Shown here piece after piece: positions 58,750-64,000 of a DNA stretch of 64,000 nt. The DNA is taken from the NCBI GenBank assembly GCA_002269645.1, contig NIVC01003577.1, positions 26,161-90,160 of the forward strand, given 5' to 3'. A program made the position numbers and the translations under genes. The notes under the pieces were generated by a model. That model worked only from the letters and a program-made list of their open reading frames with translations, did no database searches and was not told the origin of the DNA. The stretch is from Macrostomum lignano (taxonomy: Eukaryota). Each line of letters begins with the position of its first letter. Position 1 is the first letter of the stretch.

Positions 58750-60380
58750 GGGATCCAAAAAGGTCAAGTATTGGTCGGTATGTTAGGGTCCGCGGCGTCG
58801 CTACACCCTAAATGTCTGAATGTATGGATCCGAAAAAGGTCCAGTAGGGGTCCGTATGTTAGGGTCCGCGGCGTCGCTATATACGGACCCTAAATGTCCG
58901 AATGTATGGGTCCGAAAAAAGGTCAAGTAGGGGTCGGTATGTTAGGGTCCGCGGCGTCGCTACACCCCAAATGTCCGAATGTATGGATCCGAAGAAAGGT
59001 CAAGTAGGGGTCGGTATGTTAGGTCCGCGGCGTCGCTACACCCCAAATTTCCGAATGTATGGATCCGAAAAAAGGTCAAGTAGGGGTCGGTATGTTAGGT
59101 CCGCGGCGTCGCTCACCCCAAATGTCCGAATGTATGGATCCGAAAAAAGGTCAAGTAGGGGTCGGTATGTTAGGTCCGCGGCGTCGCTCACCCCAAATGT
59201 CCGAATGTATGGATCCGAAAAAGGTCCAGTAGGGGTCCGTATGTTAGGGTCCGCGGCGTCGCTATATACGGACCCTAAATATCCGAATGTATGGATCCGA
59301 AAAAAGGTCCAGTAGGGGTCGGTATGTTAGGTCCGCGGCGTCGCTCACCCCAAATGTCCGAATGTATGGATCCGAAAAAAGGTCAAGTAGGGGTCGGTAT
59401 GTTAGGTCCGCGGCGTCGCTCACCCCAAATATCCGAATGTATGGATCCGAAAAAAGGTCAAGTAGGGGTCGGTATGTTAGGTCCGCGGCGTCGCTCACCC
59501 CAAATGTCCGAATGTATGGATCCGAAAAAGGTCCAGTAGGGGTCCGTATGTTAGGGTCCGCGGCGTCGCTATATACGGACCCTAAATGTCCGAATGTATG
59601 GATCCGAAAAAAGGTCAAGTAGGGGTCGGTATGTTAGGTCCGCGGCGTCGCTACACCCCAAATGTCCGAATGTATGGATCCGAAAAAAGGTCCAGTAGGG
59701 TCCGTATGTTAGGGTCCGCGGCGTCGCTATATACGGACCCTAAATGTCCGAATGTATGGATCCGAAAAAAGGTCCAGTAGGGGTCAGTATGTTAGGGTCC
59801 GCGGCGTCGCTACACCCCAAATGTCCGAATGTATGGATCCGAAAAAAGGTCAAGTAGGGGTCGGTATGTTAGGTCCACGGCGTCGCTCACCCCAAATGTC
59901 CGAATGTATGGATCCGAAAAAGGTCAGTAGGGTTCCGTATGTTAGGTCCGCGGCGTCGCTATATACGGACCCTAAATGTCCGAATGTATGGATCCGAAAA
60001 AAGGTCAAGTAGGGGTCGGTATGTTAGGTCCGCGGCGTCGCTCACCCCAAATGTCCGAATGTATGGATCCGAAAAAGGTCAAGTAGGGGTCGGTATGTTA
60101 GGTCCGCGGCGTCGCTACACCCCAAATGTCCGAATGTATGGATCCGAAAAAAGGTCAAGTAGGGGTCCGTATGTTAGGGTCCGCGGCGTCGCTATATACG
60201 GACCCTAAAGTCCGAATGTATGGGTTCGAAAAAAGGTCCGGCAGGGGTCCGTATGTTAGGTCCGCGGCGTCGCTATATACGGACCCTAAAGGTCCGAATG
60301 TATGGGTTCGAAAAAAGGTCCGGCAGGGGTCCGTATGTTAGGGTCCGCGCGTCGCTATATACGGACCCTAAAGGTCGAAT
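58750..60380. repeat. GC-rich ~74-77-bp satellite with two unit types
   Basis: ATGTCCGAATGTATGGATCCGAAAAAAGGTCAAGTAGGGGTCGGTATGTTAGGTCCGCGGCGTCGCT followed by CACCCCAA (or ACACCCCAA) or ATATACGGACCCTAA; about 22 units. Confidence 0.96.
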
Positions 60381-61199
60381 GCAAGAAGGGTCCGCATGTA
60401 CGAGCGTAGTTTCGTTTGCAAGGTTGACTAGCTAAATTCAGATTTATTGGCTTTCGCACGCTTAGAAGTTAGATCAACTGATGCAAATTCTTTTTAATAA
60501 AAAGTTAATGTACACAATCGAGAACACCCATCATTTTTGTATTATAATACGAAAAAAATCACTGACAAGAAGAAAATTATACGATATGCAAGTCTTGAAT
60601 TTGTAACCATGAATTACAACACTAATATCTGTCTGCCAGATAAATGCTCCCTATCGTATTATAATTATCACATGCAGTGTATATTGACATACACTCATTA
60701 CTTGGTGTTTTATTATTTTTTCGCAACGTGAAATACTAATACAACATACATACACACGCATGAAAGTATTTCAATTATTACGTCAACGTCAAAAAGTATG
60801 CAAAAATTACATGGAACTACACGAAAATTAGATGCAAACATTATAAAAAAACATTACTTTATAAAAATATTGTTTATATTTTATAATGTCATACATGATT
60901 TTATATATAAATGAGTGATCCAGTGCTGCAGACAATACCATTTACAAGCTTCAGCTTAATATAAGAATAAACAGTATAAAAATAGCTATGCAGTATCAAT
61001 TCTGTATTAAGAAAAATTGTCATTTGTTTATTAAGGTAGCCGGTAATTGGGTTAAACTTATTAAGGTAAGTTTAAAGGGTTTTTTATTAGTGGAGACATT
61101 AATAAACCTTAAGCTTAGGTGGTGTTTAAGGGGGAACATAGACTTTCATTATACGAATAAAATGTCGAATGCTAAGTTAAAGTTTTATTAACGAAGTAT

Positions 61200-62400
61200 A
61201 GCAATCAGCGACTGGGAAGGTGCGCAGGACACAGCATCACGTCGAGGGAGTTTTCACAATACTTCTAATACGTCTCGAGGGAGGCTTCCAGATAGGGCAC
61301 ATGCTGCAGGTAAACGATACGGAACAGATTGCAATTACTTTCGCCTTCCTTCAGAATTTCAATTGGCAGCTCAGTATCAAAAAAGTTTCGCAGGGTCAAT
61401 CCTTAATCGATCAAGGTGCAGGCAAAGGCCGTTTATTAGAATGGTGTCGTCGTTATCACATTCAGCGTTCAGAAACGGCTAGCAGTACAAGTACCGCTTC
61501 ATTGCATCTCGTTCTTGCCACACATGCCGGAGTGCACCGCATACATTTTGTTCAATATCCTCAGGTGTTCGAGGAAACACATAGTCAGCCTTGCGTCTAG
61601 AGTTATACAACTGAATCATAAGAAATGCCTCTTGCAACTGAACACGTGGTAGTGATAATGGCTTATACAATTCAGCCTCCTCTTCAACAGTTCTCTCTTG
61701 GCAACGCACGACTCGCACACTAAATAGACTTTTCATATTGCTTAATACCTCTTCGATTTCCATTGTGTGGAAATTTTTGTTCAACCTAATTCGGTCAACT
61801 TCGTGACTTTCAGGAACGCATTCCACATCTCCAAAAATGACGCTTTTGACAAGCTTGCTTGTCGATGTAGTCGTACTCTCAGCATCCTCACAGTTGACTT
61901 GCAGGCGCTTTGCTTGTACTACGTTTTCGTCATCATCGGACGCATCTACGATGGTAGCAATTTTTCGGCGCTTACTTGCAAATGAAACTACGTTTTCTTC
62001 GTCACTATCCTCATCATTTTCCGCCATGCACGACGCGGAAATGCCGGAGTTGCTGAATTAGCAGCGAATCTTCGTGAATTTTCTGCCACCAAAAAATAGT
62101 CCATCGCTCGACCCGTCTCGCATTCCTGGGTACATAGAAACGATGGAGATGGTTATGTCATTTAGCTCTTTTCCATAAAGATACGGATCTTGCCGGCTTT
62201 TATAATTGTTAAAGACGTCATTGATGATGTAAGTTAAAAACTTGTTGACGAAATTCGCCTTTAACATAAGGTCCGTTCCAAACCGAGGATTGCGCTCTAG
62301 CTTATTGAGGGCGGACTCCAAATCAGCCATTTTTGGCCACGGACTCCACGTGGACCCCTGGAGTTTACAGTATAGCAACACCAGCAGGGGCGCCCTCGCA
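61200..62400 (-). pseudogene. Disrupted ORF remnants (61479-62027, 62058-62381), probably transposon-derived
   Basis: Protein-like frames with acidic/NLS-like segments and ELNDITISIVSMYPGMRDG, broken by stops; no confident family assignment. Confidence 0.35.
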
Positions 62401-62589
62401 GCAGCAGCAGCGGGAGTGCCGGAAAGCCCAGAATCAGCAGAAGCAGGGCCGCCTGGAAGCCAGAAGCAGCAGCATTAGGGCTGAGTCAGCCACCACCAAA
62501 AACTCTGTAGGCAAGACTTCTTCATCACCGGATTCTTTCAAAAAATTGGTTCCTCTTTAATAAGATGAAGTATTTTCCTGGGATTTGCC

Positions 62590-62760
62590 AACGAGACTTT
62601 GCAGACAACGCCGCCTGGTGGCCATCTTTTGCGCACTGCCTCTATATGGTTGGCGAAAGTCAGTTGGTCGTCTAGGCGAAGGCCAAGGAACGTGGGTGTC
62701 GGTCGTAGGTTAATTCCTGTCCCTCAATGCGCAGCGTTGGGAGGATCTTTCCGCGCATTC
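62590..62760 (-). mobile_element. Non-LTR retrotransposon RT C-terminal fragment
   Basis: LRIEGQELTYDRHPTFLGLRLDDQLTFANHIEAVRK matches the (Y/F)LGxxLDxxLTFxxHI motif of LINE RTs. Confidence 0.7.
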
Positions 62761-63141
62761 ACTGGTGTCTAATGTTTTTAAAGTAAATTAAATTGTTACA
62801 GAGCACTACGACCTTACTTAAACTGGTTAAAGAAGGGTAAATAATTACATACTGATGCATATGCAGTAATTTAATTGTTTATCCTGGCAAGCCACAAGTA
62901 TCAGTGGCGGCGTCTGGACACAGATCACCGTCTGCTCAGTCCCTGGACACAGACAACTGGCACTGCCGTTTAGTAGTTAATGAAGTATATTTGATCCATA
63001 GATAGATAGAAAGATAGATGGATATATAGATCGAAAGATCGATAAATAGATAAATAGAGATATCTACGAGTATAAGACAGTCTGAAACCGCAACGACACG
63101 CACACGGAAGATTGAAGTTTTCAGGTGTCAAACTTTGAAAT

Positions 63142-63180
63142 AACCGATATTTCGGCCAAATCATGGCCTTCGTCAGGGTT
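63142..63180 (-). ncRNA. Minimal type I hammerhead ribozyme motif 4 (best preserved)
   Basis: AACC-CUGACGA-A-GGCCA(UGAUU)UGGCC-GAA-AUAU-C/GGUU: intact core, 5-bp stem II, palindromic AUAU stem III, AUC cleavage triplet, AACC/GGUU stem I. Confidence 0.8.
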
Positions 63181-63639
63181 TATTTGAGGGTATATAAAGT
63201 AGCAATTATTTTGTAGTGAAGTTATTTCCTCATAACATTATTATTTATGTACCAGCTTTGGCTGGGTGCACTGAGCAGTGTTGTGTAAAAATGCACGTAC
63301 ATATAGCTAATACAAAGAGGGAATTAAAGCACTCTGACTGGTTAAGGCATTACAGCTTAGAAATGTGACTAACCAGCTTGAAAAATACTACAAATAAGTT
63401 ATTTAGAAAATAAATAATTGTTATAGAGCACTGAGAACTCTGACTAATTAACGAAGTGTAAATAATTTGATGCACATACGAGATTAAATTAGTTTGAGTA
63501 GGCCAGACCGGCCACAAGTAGCAGTTCATGGCATCTGGTCAACAGACGTAGTAGTCGTAGTCTTAGTAGAGTCGTACTGGTAGACTGTTTTAATGTAGCC
63601 AGACAAGTCACGAGTCGCAGTTGGCGGCGTCTGTTCACT

Positions 63640-63905
63640 GACTGCTGTCTGCTCAGACCCTGTTCACAGACTGCTGTCTGCTCAGACCCTGTTCACAGAC
63701 TGCTGTCTGCTCAGACCCTGTTCACAGACTGCTGTCTGCTCAAGACCCTGTTTTACAGACTGTCTGTCTGCTCAGACCATGTTTACAGACTGCTGTCTGC
63801 TCAGACCCTGTTTACAGACTGCTGTCTGCTCAGACCCTGTTTACAGACTGCTGTCTGCTCAGACCCTGTTTACAGACTACTGTCTGCTCAGACCCTGTTC
63901 ACAGG
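63640..63905. repeat. 29-bp minisatellite (ACTGCTGTCTGCTCAGACCCTGTTCACAG) amplified from a segment of the ribozyme-bounded module
   Basis: TCTGCTCAG.CCCTG..CACAG is present once at about 58305 and 62930 and in tandem here. Confidence 0.9.
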
Positions 63906-64000
63906 CAACTGGGCACTGTATTTCAGTAGTAGACTAATAGTAGAAAGTTGTAGTAGTAGTCCTAGTCGTAGTAGAGTCGTACGGGTGTCTATATTTTATA

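Noticed and set aside
58750-60380. Interstitial telomere (TTAGGG in some units)
   Set aside because: Only isolated hexamers within a longer unit; there is no tandem TTAGGG tract.

Overview
Eukaryotic (invertebrate animal) genomic DNA with spliced genes, dense micro/minisatellites and many mobile elements. The style (GC-rich exons with poly-Q/G/S tracts, minisatellite-filled introns) resembles a free-living flatworm such as Macrostomum, but this is unverified inference. From left to right: (1) 1-4700, part of a Polinton/Maverick (adintovirus-like) endogenous virus with protein-primed PolB, a small GGILPL peptide gene, a DDE integrase, a parvovirus-type PLA2 and an orphan ORF; most lesions look like single-base homopolymer indels. 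(2) 4830-7699, a 5'-truncated Ty3/gypsy element with the unusual INT-RT-RNaseH order (Gmr1-like), an open pol and a putative 3' LTR. (3) Host genes: an orphan single-TM protein (19980-21338), a five-exon Shaw/Kv3-like K+ channel with altered S4 and S6 motifs (31863-23791, minus), a TRAF-like gene (41032-40311), a divergent two-exon RPS27 (42842-43901), a second orphan TM gene, and the 5' exons of MED23. (4) A tRNA-headed SINE family, three MITEs with 8-bp TSDs, a nested Merlin-like insertion and LINE fragments. (5) The strongest unexpected signal: four minimal hammerhead-ribozyme motifs on the minus strand (57075-63180) with covarying stems, bounding repeated ~570-nt modules (Penelope-like/retrozyme-like), around a hairpin-rich ~74-77-bp satellite. 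No CRISPR, rRNA or bona fide tRNA genes were seen. All exon boundaries and alignments were made by eye.
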